Origin: Octopus bimaculoides | Taxonomy: Eukaryota | Assembly: GCF_001194135.2 (NCBI RefSeq) | Contig: NC_068983.1 | Coordinates: forward strand, 94,852,964 to 94,916,963 | Direction: 5' to 3' | DNA length: 64,000 nucleotides | Part shown: piece by piece, positions 38,701-51,643 of the stretch | Layout of the letters: each line of letters begins with the position of its first letter | Position numbering within the stretch: position 1 is the first letter of the stretch | Notes under the pieces: model-generated | Told to the model about the DNA's origin: nothing | The model's input: the letters and a program-made list of their open reading frames with translations, nothing else | Database searches by the model: none | Program-made: the position numbers and the translations under genes

Positions 38701-40800
38701 GTAATATAATGCATGCATATCATGTCATTCACTGTTTTATACATGGTAGGAAAACTTACTAGTGCAAAAATCCTATGTGTTGACTGTAGACACGCTCCTT
38801 CGCAAAAGACCAGCTATTATTTTGTAAACAATGTTTCGAAACTGTTCATGTGTTCAAAAGGAGAGATCTGACCCTCACATTCAGTGTAGGAAGCCCAAGT
38901 TGCCAAAGTTACTTCATTTGTGACATGACTTGACACGAATAAAATAATAAAACGGTAATATAAAATAAAATTTTGGATTACATTCTAATTAACGCATATC
39001 ATGTCATTCACTGTTTTGTGCATCGTAGTATGATAGATAGGATAAGTGACCAGAGCAAAAATTCTAAGTGTTGACTGTAGACATGATTGTTTGCAAAAGA
39101 TCAGCTGTTATTTTGTAAACAATGTTTCGAAACTGTTCATGTGTTCGAAAGGAGAGATCTAACTCTCACACTCAGTGTAGGAGGCCCAGGTTGCCAAAGT
39201 TACTTTATTCAACAATATTACTCAATAGAGGGAGAAGGGATTGGGTGGGGCAGGGGAGGAAGAGGAGGTCGGACTAATCTCTGCAAGAGAGGGGAGGCCT
39301 CTCTATTCCTCTTACAAAACTTACCTCCGGGTGCCAAATTTGCCTCAATTGATGGTATTACATGGGTAGGGGGTGGTAGTAGGACAGGGACAGAGGCAGA
39401 AGGAGGAGGTCAAGCATGTCCCTTTAGAAGGGTATAGACCACCCTATTCCTTCTGCCAAAGTTACCTCAATTGATGGAATTTCTCTGAAAATATGGGGGT
39501 GAGGAGGGACTAAGCTTATATATAAACTACCCTAGAGACACCCCTACAAAGTTTCATGCCAATCAGCCCAACCGTTTGCCTGCGATGTGAGTACAGACAA
39601 CCATTATGCCCATTATAGTATGATTGCATGCAAGAACGAGGGTTCACTATCTTGTATGTAAACGACAAGAAAATAAGAATTTGTAAGACATTCACAATAA
39701 GTCATAACATATTTATTACTGAATATGATGTGTTAACATATAAGGTTAATTGAAGGAAAAGCTTGTAACATCACATGAACATATTTTGCAACTACATGTC
39801 TCAAAGCAAGTGAGGCAAATATCCACATGTGCAGGTGTGTATGCGAGTAGCATGACTCAATACATGTCTAGGAACCGACACTCAAGAGTGGCGCGAAATT
39901 AGAATCTGTTCCTTTATATAAGGGATGATCCAGAAGTACATCATGTAGGAATCATCACCATTTCCGGTTGATTATGATGTGGTCAGTTTGGCTTTTTGTT
40001 TTCCCATCAGGTGATGTCCAATTTAATTTATGTATATTCTTGTGCTCAGAGAGTGTATCCCCTATAACCAGGTTACTCTCTTCACAAATGTCTGTCAGGC
40101 ATTTGCCTTTGTTTGTGGTCTGACCCATTCCACACTGGTCCATGATTCATTCTTTGTTTTCATTGTTGCTTCCAACTCTTGTGTTGAAATCTTCCACTAA
40201 CAATAGCACATCATGTTTTGGTATGTTGTTCAATGTTGAACACAGTACATTGTAAAATTGATCTTTGTCCTCTTCTTCAGCATCTTCAATGAGCGCATAA
40301 GACACTATAATAGATTATTTTGTATAGTGTGAGTTTAATCAGACATGTAGTAATTGTTCATTAATTGGAGTCCATTGAAGTAATATATTTACATGTTTCT
40401 TTCCAATAATGAGAGTGACACCTTGCTGATGTGTGTCATCTTGTTTACCAGACCATATAATAGTTTCTCCAGAACTGGTTTTCTGCTTCCCATAATTGGT
40501 CCATCTTGCTTCAGTTATTCCATGTAGATCCAGGTGATAGTTGTTCATTTCACGTAGTATCTGTGCTAATTTTTAGTGTCAAGAAGTCAGGCATCAGGTT
40601 GGATACTTCCTTTCGGCCTTGATCTCCAACCATCATAAAATCATTGTTCCTTTGCCCAAAGAAAAGGAGTTTGGGTTTTATTTTTATATCATTATTTCTT
40701 GTTACCGTTTCTGTAGCTTGTGATACTTTTTTATGAGATGGGGGTGCTAGCGCTATGCCCAACCCTCCTCTTTAACCTGGACTTGGGACTGGCATAGGCA
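35750..40800 (-). mobile_element. Decayed near-full-length RTE LINE interrupted by a Helitron
   Basis: Endonuclease (LDLHGITEARW 40339-40548; QTDHIIINRKW 39955-40143), linker (37148-37805), RT (KTGVKQGCALSPILF 36508-36756), C-terminal WNDLAVASSATRH, (TGAA)n tail near 35750 and RTE-type 5' motif near 40750-40800. Confidence 0.85.
37760..39623 (-). mobile_element. Internally deleted Helitron
   Basis: 5' A|TC at 39623; 3' hairpin ACCCATC-3nt-GATGGGT (37771-37787) then CTAG (37760-37763); Pif1 helicase C-terminal motif FPIKLAFSFAANKSQGQTL...QLYVVMSR (37984-38175); basic N-terminal ORF (38341-38631). The base after CTAG is A, not the canonical T. Confidence 0.85.
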
Positions 40801-41869
40801 GAGTCTGTTTAATATAATGGACATATTTGATTTATTTGCTTTATTGGTGATGTTGGTAAGTAGAACAAGAGTGGTCCAAAGAACTTACATTTGTGTGACA
40901 TCATTTTTAGTGCTTTCAGAATATGAATATGCACATCAGATGTTGTTATTTGCATATTGTTGTAAATAAGGTGGGGTTCCATATTTGGAAACAGAGTTTG
41001 TTAAGGATTCTGTATTTAGATTCTTTTAAATTTGAATTCTTTTGGTGGTGAATAATTGCAGTTCTTTAGCCTCTAAGTCAATTCTGACCAAGTAGACTTA
41101 CCTACTATATCAAACATTATTCAAGCTGGTGGAGTTTGATGCAAGAAGAGTTTTGCAAAGAACTATTAAATGACTGTTTTCAGTTGTCAATCTGCCACCA
41201 TAATATCTCTCTCTTCATGTGTGTTTCTCATTCTCTATATCTTTCTGTACTCTGCCGAAGAGAAAGAGAAAAAGATTAAAGTAAGATTGAAGCAGAAATG
41301 AAAATAGAGTTTGACATCACACTAACATTTTAGAATCTTTTGTTGACTCACACTACCATACTTTCGCAACTTTCTGTGATTCCCTTTTTTGCCAATATCA
41401 TTTCATTTCAACTTTCTATCTTTCTCCATCTCTCATCTTGACAAACGGTATGACGTGGTTCAAAGGAGATTAGGTTGCTATTTCTCAAAATTATGCTATA
41501 AATTCTTTCCTGTGTGATAGCTAATATATATGTTTTATAGGTAATTGTTTCATAGTTTCTAAATACAAAGCAGACATATGTAAAGACAGTTTCATGTATA
41601 GTTTAGCAGTGGTACCCAGCAATGCCTGTTTTTTTTTTTTAAGTCAGAACACACATATATACATAGGTGCTGATATACATACATAAGACATTTGTTGCAT
41701 CAAAGTAACACTGTCCACCAATGTCAAGATTTTATACATGCATAAATCATGCATGTAAGGTGTGAAATCCTCATGAACCTGGTAACATTTCAACTAATTG
41801 TAATCATACAGTACTTTCTTCCACCCCTTTTCATCTTCTCACTTCCATTCTTAAGGGAGGGTGAGAAGT

Positions 41870-42098
41870 ATGTGCAGATCGATAATGTATGCTTGCACTC
41901 AGTAATCTTTAAAAGAATGTGGCATGGAAGTGCTCCTTTGAAAGGTTATTAAACATAGAGAATATCTAAGAAAAAGGTCTTCTGAATGTGAATCCAAAAG
42001 AACCAGCTATCCTTGTTGATAACAGTATGATAGATGAGGTAATTAGGACTCTGTAAACTGGGAAAGTCCCTGGTCCTTCTGAAATTACTGTTAAGATG
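41870..42098 (+). mobile_element. RTE LINE RT fragment, left part (resumes at 45299-45850)
   Basis: Colinear with 48000-48215; the sequence continues after the LTR complex in register with 48215 onward (AFDRV...LEKLGVDE). Confidence 0.75.
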
Positions 42099-45000
42099 TA
42101 TAGGAAAGTTGGTTATACATCATTAGATGTATACCTGACTTTCCTATATAAAATTATGAATATAATGGAACGCTGAACTCCAGACTATCAACTTAAACAA
42201 CATTTATTCAGGTGGTAAATATATACATCTTTAGCTCTTGTTTGCTGTTACAGCTTCTGTGTGTGTGAGCATGGTTGTTAGGACGTTGGTATGTAGATGT
42301 AAGCGAGCTGTCGAGCGTAAGTTCGAAAGATGGTGAGAGACAGCTAAACACGTCCATGCTCAATCGCTGGCCAGCAAGAAAGAGACAGAATGAAGCGGGA
42401 AAGCTTGCTTGTTGAATTCCACGCATGCGTGAGACTACGCATGCGCACGGCGTTACTACAGGGCTCCCTTGCCAGTGCGGAAACGCACGATAATATGAAA
42501 TCTGTTGGAACGCCTGAGGTAGGATGGCCACTGAAAACCACCCACAAGATGTGGCACAAACACACACACACAGAAGCTGTAACAACAAACAAGAGCTAAA
42601 GATGTATATATTTACCACCTGAATAAATGTTGTTTAAGTTGATAGTCTGGAGTTCAGCGTTCCATTATATTCATAATTTTATACAGGAAAGTCAGGTATA
42701 CATCTAATGATGTATAACCAACTTTCCTATAAAGTGGTGACCCTCCGACGTGATTCGGACACGCAGCCCGCTGAGCTACAATAACCCACTTTCTTATAAA
42801 GTGGTGACCCCAACGAAGAAACAAATGCAGCATGAATTCTGAACTACCAACCTATAACTGATGAACCCGACTAAAGAACAAATGCGGCCATGGAGACTGA
42901 ACTGCTAACCAGCATCATCGTCATGACCAACACGATTCTACGATTACTACGCCATCAACATCTCCAACCATAGTCAACACGACTTACTATGTACACTGAA
43001 CTGGACCACCGCGGCAGGTCTCTCTTCAATTCTGTTAGGTGACTTAGCTTCACCACGTTAATAAACAGACAAGAGAATTTCAGCCAGCGACGAATGTCTG
43101 TCCTCAAGGCCCTGGCATGGAAGCCAACATCACAACTAGTGATCGCTCTGCCACACTCACAACCTCAACTACTTTCACATACAGACTCTTCCTATAGTGT
43201 ACTCAAAGAACTTGGTATAAAACTCTCACGTGTACTGACTTTCTATCTGCTGTGATATCTCACATACATATAGACGGGCTGTCTTTTATTATGTTCTTAT
43301 ATGTCGCATTCACACTCTCACATACACATACATCTTTTATGCCACACTAAATATNNNNNNNNNNNNNNNNNNNNNNNNNNNNNNNNNNNNNNNNNNNNNN
43401 NNNNNNNNNNNNNNNNNNNNNNNNNNNNNNNNNNNNNNNNNNNNNNNNNNNNNNNNNNNNNNNNNNNNNNNNNNNNNNNNNNNNNNNNNNNNNNNNNNNN
43501 NNNNNNNNNNNNNNNNNNNNNNNNNNNNNNNNNNNNNNNNNNNNNNNNNNNNNNNNNNNNNNNNNNNNNNNNNNNNNNNNNNNNNNNNNNNNNNNNNNNN
43601 NNNNNNNNNNNNNNNNNNNNNNNNNNNNNNNNNNNNNNNNNNNNNNNNNNNNNNNNNNNNNNNNNNNNNNNNNNNNNNNNNNNNNNNNNNNNNNNNNNNN
43701 NNNNNNNNNNNNNNNNNNNNNNNNNNNNNNNNNNNNNNNNNNNNNNNNNNNNNNNNNNNNNNNNNNNNNNNNNNNNNNNNNNNNNNNNNNNNNNNNNNNN
43801 NNNNNNNNNNNNNNNNNNNNNNNNNNNNNNNNNNNNNNNNNNNNNNNNNNNNNNNNNNNNNNNNNNNNNNNNNNNNNNNNNNNNNNNNNNNNNNNNNNNN
43901 NNNNNNNNNNNNNNNNNNNNNNNNNNNNNNNNNNNNNNNNNNNNNNNNNNNNNNNNNNNNNNNNNNNNNNNNNNNNNNNNNNNNNNNNNNNNNNNNNNNN
44001 NNNNNNNNNNNNNNNNNNNNNNNNNNNNNNNNNNNNNNNNNNNNNNNNNNNNNNNNNNNNNNNNNNNNNNNNNNNNNNNNNNNNNNNNNNNNNNNNNNNN
44101 NNNNNNNNNNNNNNNNNNNNNNNNNNNNNNNNNNNNNNNNNNNNNNNNNNNTTCACCATCAATGTACTGTCTACCACAATGTCGGGCGCCAACAACCCCA
44201 CCACCAGGGACACACCAGATCAACACACTCGGTTTTATCTTCACTGTGGAGTGTAATTTATCCACTCACGCACAACAGTAAGAGCTAGCCGAATTGAATA
44301 TTCTGTACCAGGTAACCGGTCACAACTGACCACGACTTCCTGAGTACAGACATTCTATCTCCTTGTGGAATTTTAATACGAACTGGTTTTCTCTATCTCA
44401 GTGTTTTGGGACTTTTCGCAGTCTATACTACAGACACTTTTACTTGTTCTGTGTTTTCACTCACACACACACTTGTGCACACACACATTTTCTTTCATTT
44501 GGACATTGCATGCATGTATCTCACAAGTGTACATTCATTTCTTTGATTTTTCTTTATGTGTGTTTGTACCACATCTTGTAGGTGGTTTCAGTGGCCATCC
44601 TGCCTCAGGCGTTCCAACAGATTTCATATTATCGTGCGTTTCCGCACTGGCAAGGGAGCCCTGTAGTAACGCTGTGCGCATGCATAGTCTCACGCATGCA
44701 TGGAATTCAACAAGCAAGCTCTCCCGCTTCATTCTATCTCTTTCTTGCTGGCCAGCGATTGAGCATGGACGTGTTTAGCTGTCTCTCTCATTTGAGTGTG
44801 GTTGAACGAAGTTGTCTCCACAACGACACCAGCTCGAGGAACAATACATCTACATTTCAGGCTACTCGGAAACCGGACAATTGGAAGCTGTTTTATTTTC
44901 CACTATACAATAAATATTTGTTGTTGTTGATCAGATTGGAGTTTCTGCGTTCAGTTCACTTCTAATTTAACATAGGAAAGTTAGGTGTACATCTAATGAT

Positions 45001-45298
45001 GTATAACCCACTTTCCTAAAGTGGTTTTTTTTTTTTTTTTTTTTTCAGGTGGTAAATATATACATCTTTAGCTCTTGTTTGTTGTTACAGCTTCTGTGTG
45101 TGTGAGCATGGTTGTTGGGACGTTGGTATGTAGATGTAAGCGAGCTATCGAGCATAAGTTCGAAAGATGGTGAGAGACAGCTAAACACGTCCATGCTCAA
45201 TCGCTGGCCAGCAAGAAAGAGACAGAAGAGAAGCGGGAACACTCGGTTGTTGAATTCCACGCATGCGTGAGACTACGCATGCGCACGGCGTTACTACA
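42099..45298. mobile_element. Gypsy-like LTR retroelement complex with 4-bp TSD GATG and inverted interior
   Basis: GATG at 42095-42098 and 45299-45302; LTR-A(-) 42099-42460; half LTR(+) 42563-42731; PBS 42735; PPT-like GGCAAGGGAG 44649-44658; LTR-B(+) 44662-45018; LTR-C(-) 45044-45298; LTRs begin TGTAGT. No pol ORF visible; 797-N gap inside. Confidence 0.8.
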
Positions 45299-45850
45299 GA
45301 TGCTTATAATATCTGACACAGTAAGATACAGGTTTGTCACCCATATAGTTAATCAGATTATATAGGAAGTTGTCATATTCAATGACTGACATTGCAACAT
45401 TATAGTTAACTGTTACAAGGGTAAAGTAAATGCCTTAGATAGAAGCATTTACTGAAGTATCAAACTGCTGGATTAAGTCATGAAAGTTACAGAGAAAGCT
45501 ATTGCCCAGTTAACAAGGAACAAAATTTGACTAGATGAGACACTGTTTGGTTTTGTGGCTCTTATTGACTTGCCAAGATTCTAGTTAATTTGGCATTCAT
45601 GACCTGAAGGGAGCCTTTGACAGGGTCCTCCACTCTGTGATATGAGATCTCTGGAGAAGCTAGGAGTAGATGAATTGATTGCGAAAGCCATACAAGCTAT
45701 GTGCAAAAGTGTTGTCTGTAAGATAAGAGTTAGCCATAATAACAGGGATGAATTTAGGCTACAGGTAGGAGTTAACCAGAATCAATTCTCAGCTCCCTCC
45801 TATTCATCATTGTCCTCCAGACCATAATGGAAGAATTGCTGTGGTAGACA
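45299..45850 (+). mobile_element. RTE LINE RT fragment, right part
   Basis: Homologous to 48215-48750; ORF-track peptide RSLEKLGVDELIAKAIQAM. Confidence 0.75.
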
Positions 45851-48800
45851 GGTCTTCTTCAGCACAGTGAATTGCCAATTATCTCTTCTGTGGGGTATAG
45901 TAGACAACATAATACTTTCATTCATCTAAAGCCTAACGTTCTAGAAGTCAAAGGGCCAAGGAAATACAAGAAAAAAGGCAGCACAAGCTCCAATCTCAAA
46001 GACAACGAAATGCCATGGAAACATAAGAGCAACGAGAAGTAAAACTTCAGTTTGAAACAACCAGGCAAGCCCACTTGAGGGAATACCTGAGCAGAAACAA
46101 CAGAGATTGAAGTCTTAAGCCAGTGCTTTAGAGAATAAGTGTTGGAATTTAGACCTTTTCCTCACGAAGAGTGAGAACTAGCAGCATTTAACTACAATCT
46201 GAAATATCGCCATTATGATAGATGCCTTATGAGTACATTTGAGTACAGTACAGACTGGGATAAAAACCGAGTGACTGCAAGTATATATGTACAGACTGGT
46301 AAAAGCTGGATGACTGCTAGTATATATGTTCATGAACAACAACTCGCTCACTTACTCTTTCTTGAATCAACAGCTAAGTTATTATTATTTAAATGGGATT
46401 TAGTTAATGAATCTAGGATTCCCCCATTTCTTTCAATATCTAATTGCCAAGGTCACATGTAATTTCATTTCAATTTCAGTTAGACTCATCCTCTCATTGC
46501 CACATGCTTATGAAATAAATTTAATGATTAAAATGTACATGTATATTAATTTTGTATTAATATTTTAATGATAATAATAATAATTATTAAATACTATGGC
46601 TTTTCTTCTGAGCCCATCTAGCTATATGGTGTGTAAACTTAGTTTGCTCAAGGCCAGTGCTCAACATCCGTTTTGCCCACCTACCCTCCACCACCACCAC
46701 CACCAACATTTTAATTCATATATTAACATTTTCACCTGGTGACTCATACACTTCCTGTGCTGTGTGTGTGAATATATATTTTGATTATATCCTTATACCC
46801 TCATATAGGTGCCCTGATGAATGTCATATACAGTTAAAGATACCTCATATATAAATATTTAGACATATACTTAAACTGGCCTATGTAACCACCCTATTTC
46901 ATACCCACTTGTTGGCTCTTGCTCTAGATGTTGGTTGAGTGGTGGTGAATAACTATGTACCAAAGCTCTATGCTAGCTGACAAGTATTTTTGTAGATCTC
47001 CTTTGTTTCAGGTGATGACAAAATTTTCACAACTTCCTTGCTGCCACCACTCTCAAGTACTCAATCTCAGGGCTGCTACCATCAACGTTAGCACAATGAA
47101 AGGAAGGAGTGGGGAGATGATTGAAATGCTGGAGCAATGTCATGTTGATGTGTGGGGTGTGGAAGGAGTAAGATGGAGGGAAGCTTCAGCTAGATTCCTC
47201 GTGGGTAAGAAGCAGAGATTCAAAGTGCATGGGGGCTATGGTTTTGGGCCTAGAAATGAGGAGAGAACAAGACTGCCGGAGTTCTGTGATGCAAGTGATC
47301 TGATTGATCTACAACACTAACTTCAAAAAGCCAGCCAGCCACCTGATCACTTTTCAGTCTGGTGAGCACATAAACCAGATTGGCTACCTCCCCACCAGGC
47401 AACAAGATAGATGGATGCTTAAAAATGCAAAGTCTTTCCTAAGTGAAGAGTATACAACCCAACATGGGTTACTAGTTAGTGAATTCAGAATTAGAGCTAG
47501 AAAGACTCAGAGAAATAAACCAATCTGGAAAAGAAGACGATGGAAGCTCAAAGACCCAGCAAACAGACAAAAATTTAGAGCTTTCTTAATGGAAGCTTCT
47601 GATGAAAGAGAAGAAGAGTTGGGGACTTATAGCTTAGAGGACAGTTGGAAGTTCCTGCGGGACAATCTACTGAGGGCTACGGATGAAATCTACAGTTGGT
47701 GCAGAGTCCCAGCTAGACCAAGGGTGACATGGTAGTGGAGCAAAGAGGTAGACAGTGCTATAAAAGCGTAAAGACAGGCCTGGAAAGACTGGAAAGACTG
47801 GAAAAATGGTGGAAGCAGAGAATTATATCAGGTAGCGAAAAGGGTTGCTAAGTATCAGGTATACATAGCAAAAGGTGTAGCTGAAGGTAAGATATTTGCA
47901 AATGTTCTACAGCATGAGGATCAGAGGTAATCAGGATTGCAAAGCAGTGTATCAGAGAGAGTAGAAATGTGGTAAGTGAGAAATGTGTGCGAATGGATAA
48001 TGGTATGCTTGCACTTAGTGACTCAAAGAAGAACGATGCATGGAAGTGTCACTATGGAAAGTTACTAAATATGGAAAATGAATGGGAGAAGGAGAGTCTA
48101 CCAAATATCAAACCAATTGAGGGACCAGCCATCGGAGTTGATAGCAGCATAATAGATCAGGCAAATAAGGACATGAAGACAAGGAAAGCCTCTGGGCCAC
48201 CAGGTATCACTGCCGAGATGATTAAAATTTCCGGTAGTGTAGGCTATAGCTTATCACCTGTATAGTTATTCAGGTTATTCAGAAAGGTACCATCCCCAAT
48301 GACTGGTGTAGTAGTATTACAGTTAGCTGTTACAAGAGTAAAGATGATACCTTAGAAACAACTACAGAGGCATTAAATTGCTAGACCAAGTAATGAAAGT
48401 TACTGAGAAATAGAATTAAACTAGATGAGATGCAGTTTGGTTTTGCACCTGGGAAGAGTACTACAGATGCCATCTTCCTAGTGAGACAGCTGCAGGAAAA
48501 GTACTTGGCCAAAAGTAAGCCATTGGACTTAGCCTTCATCGACCTGGAGAAAGCTTTCAACAGAGTTCCCCACTCTGTTATATGGTGGTCTCTAAGAAGA
48601 TTAAGAGTAGAAAAGTGGCTTGTTAGAGCTGTACAAGCCATGTACAGTGGTGCTGTCAGTAAGGTGTGAGTTGGCCATGAGTACAGTGATGAATTTAACG
48701 TACAGGTAGGGGTTTACCAGGGCTCACTCTTATTCATTATAGTCCTCCAGGCCATAACAGAGGAATTCAAAACTGGGTGCCTGTGGGAACTGTTATATGC

Positions 48801-49340
48801 TGATGACCTTGCTCTTAATGTAGAATCTTTAACAGAACTGGAGAAGAAATTCCAGGTAAGAAAACAAAGCCTGGAATCAAAGGCCTTAAAGTTAACCTAA
48901 CAAGGACCAAAGTTGTTGTTAGTAAGAAAGAAGATAACACTCTCTTTCTGTCAGGTAAATGACCTTGCTCAATATGTAGGAAAGAAGTTGGAAGAAATTC
49001 CATTCACTGCACCCAGCGTAAACTAAGAACACTTAAGAGGTGCAGTAGAATCACAGGTAGATTAACAGGTAAAGTCATCTTTCTATGTGACAGATGTGCA
49101 GGAACAATAAGCACTAAGGACACACAGGACTTAGACTCTCTCAAATGCCCAGGAGGCTCTCTTGAGGTTGTAGATAGTTTCTGTTACCTAGGTGACCAAA
49201 TTAGCAATGGTGGAGGATGCTCTGAAGGTATTGTTTCTAGAATAAGAATTGTGTGAAGGAAGTTCAGAGAGCTATTACCTCTGTTGGCAACAAAAGGACT
49301 CTCTCTCTGAGTGAAAGGTAGACTATATGATGCTTGTGTG

Positions 49341-49874
49341 TGTAGTAACGCCTGCGCATGCGTAGTTTTACGCATGCGTAGAATCGCTCAATTCATTCTC
49401 TTTCACGCTGGCCAGCGATTGAGCATGGACGTGTGTTTAAAGCTGTCTCTACATTTTTCGGTCTTATACTCGACAGCTCGTTATTCTCACCTCTAAAGAT
49501 GTATAACTAAAAGATATGTATGTTTACCAAGTAAATAAATGTTGTTTAAGTTGTTTAGTCTGGAGTTCAGCGTTTCCGTCTATTTCTTTAATTTTATAGT
49601 ANNNNNNNNNNCTCAATTCATTCTCTTTCACGCTGGCCAGCGATTGAGCATGGACGTGTGTTTAAAGCTGTCTCTACATTTTTCGGTCTTATACTCGACA
49701 GCTCGTTATTCTCACCTCTAAAGATGTATAACTAAAAGATATGTATGTTTACCAAGTAAATAAATGTTGTTTAAGTTGTTTAGTCTGGAGTTCAGCGTTT
49801 CCGTCTATTTCTTTAATTTTATAGTAGAAAGTCAGGTATACAATCTAAAGATGTATAACCCACTTTCTACTAAA
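49341..49874 (+). mobile_element. Solo LTR (same superfamily as the 42-45 kb complex) with TGTG TSD
   Basis: Begins TGTAGTAACG, ends ACTAAA; TGTG at 49337-49340 and 49875-49878; removing it restores the LINE frame RLYDACV*MAILHGSETW. Length inflated by a 215-bp assembly overlap. Confidence 0.85.
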
Positions 49875-50374
49875 TGTGTAAATGGCTATACTCCATGGTA
49901 GTGAGACATGGGCTCTGAATGCCGAAGACATGCCTAGAATAGAGAGAAATGAATGCAGTATGCTCCGTTGGATGTGCAACATCAGCATGCATATATACAA
50001 CAAAGTGCAAATATATTGAGAGAAAATTTGGGCATAATAGGAATCAAATGTAGCATGCAAGAGAGAATATTACATTGGTTTGGATATGTGATGTGTATGA
50101 ATGGAAACAACTGCATAAAGAAGTGCTGAACACTGAAAGTAGATGGTACCCGTGGAAGAAGGTGACCCAGGAAGACGTGGGACGAAGTGGTAAGGACCAA
50201 TCTCAGGATGTTGGGCCTCATGGAGGAACCAACAATGGACCGAGATGTCTGGTAATATGAAGTTCTTGAGAAGACCTGCCCACATCAGCAAAACTGAGTT
50301 CTAGAAGTGCTGTGTGTCCCATCCACACTTAACAAGAAAATTTCTCACACACTCTACCACAGCAAACCAAACTA

Positions 50375-51643
50375 CCAAGTCATCCTATAAGTTCTGTCCG
50401 ATTTGACCTTTTTTAAAATTGAATGAAATCTAATAGTATTTTAGAATATCTATTGGAATTAAAAATTATTTTTATGCATTTCTGTACATTTAAACTAATT
50501 AAATATTATTTTACAGAATAATAGAATTAAAATTTCTTTGATTAAAACCCTTTCTAACATGGAAGTATCCAAAGAGCATTTGAGGCACATAGTGCTTTAT
50601 GAGTATAAAAAAGGAAACTCTGCAGCCGAAGCGACTCAAAACATACACTCAGTTTATGAGAAAGAATGCTTGAATGAAAGAACTTGCAGAAGATAGTTTG
50701 CAAAATTCAGAAGTGGAGATTTCAGCCTTGAAGGTGAAGATCAAACAGGACGTCCAATTGAGTTTCATGATAAGCTCCTTGAGGCATTACTTGAAGAAAA
50801 TCCTGCATTATCAGTTGAAGAATTGGCAATAAAGCTTAGTTCAAACCATACAACTGTTTGTCGTCGTCTTCAACAACTTGGAAAATGGGTGCCTCACGAA
50901 TTGTCCGAAAGCAACCGCAAATCCCAAGTTGACATCTGCTCTTCTCTCCATTCTTGTGAACTCATTTCACCCTTTTTGGATAGACTTGTGACTGGTAACG
51001 AAAAATGGATCTTCTATCAAAATGTTAAAAATGTTGTAAACAGTGGCTTGGTAAAAGGGAAAAAGCTCAACCACAACTGAGAAGGGAACTTCATGGGAAA
51101 AAGGTTCTTCTCTCTATCTGGTGGGATTGCAAAGGATTTTTGAATTGTTACCACCTTATGCAACAATCAATGCTTAAGTCTACTCTCAGCAATTAAAGCG
51201 TTTGAACCAAGCTTTGAAGAAAAAAAGACCCGCTTTAGTGAATCGAAAAGGAGTGATTTTGCATCAGGACAATGCACAACACCACAATGCAAAGATCACA
51301 TCACAGAAGATTGAAGAGCCTGGTTGGGGAAAAATTCCTCATCCACCTTCCACCTTATTCTCCCGACCTTGCTCCTTCAGACTAATTTGTTTTGTAGTTT
51401 ACAGAATCATTTAGAGGACATAACTTTTGCAAGCCAGGAGGATATCGAAACTGACATTTCAGAGTTCTTTGCTTTGAAACCAAAAGAGTTTTACATTGAT
51501 GGGATTAAAAAGCTTGTAAATAGATGGAAGGAAGTCATAGATAATCAGGGAAAGTATATTGATGATAAATTTTAATTAAATATAATATTTGATCATTTGT
51601 TTTCTTTATTCAAAATTCTGACAAAAGTTATGGGATGACCAGA
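50375..51643 (+). mobile_element. Full-length but inactivated mariner transposon
   Basis: TA at 50373-74 and 51644-45; TIR plus TA 22/29 match; transposase from ATG 50559 to about 51575 with WVPHEL, TGNEKW (catalytic D changed to N), HQDNA and YSPDLAPSD; stops and frameshifts. Confidence 0.92.

Noticed and set aside
40745-40800. Possible HDV-like ribozyme at the RTE 5' end
   Set aside because: Only a simple hairpin could be drawn; the nested double pseudoknot was not found.
46814-46881. Second hammerhead candidate (CTGATGA at 46814)
   Set aside because: No intact GAAA and no stem I partner.
49387-49826. Perfect 215-bp tandem duplication inside the solo LTR
   Set aside because: Identical copies flank a 10-N gap, typical of an unmerged contig overlap.
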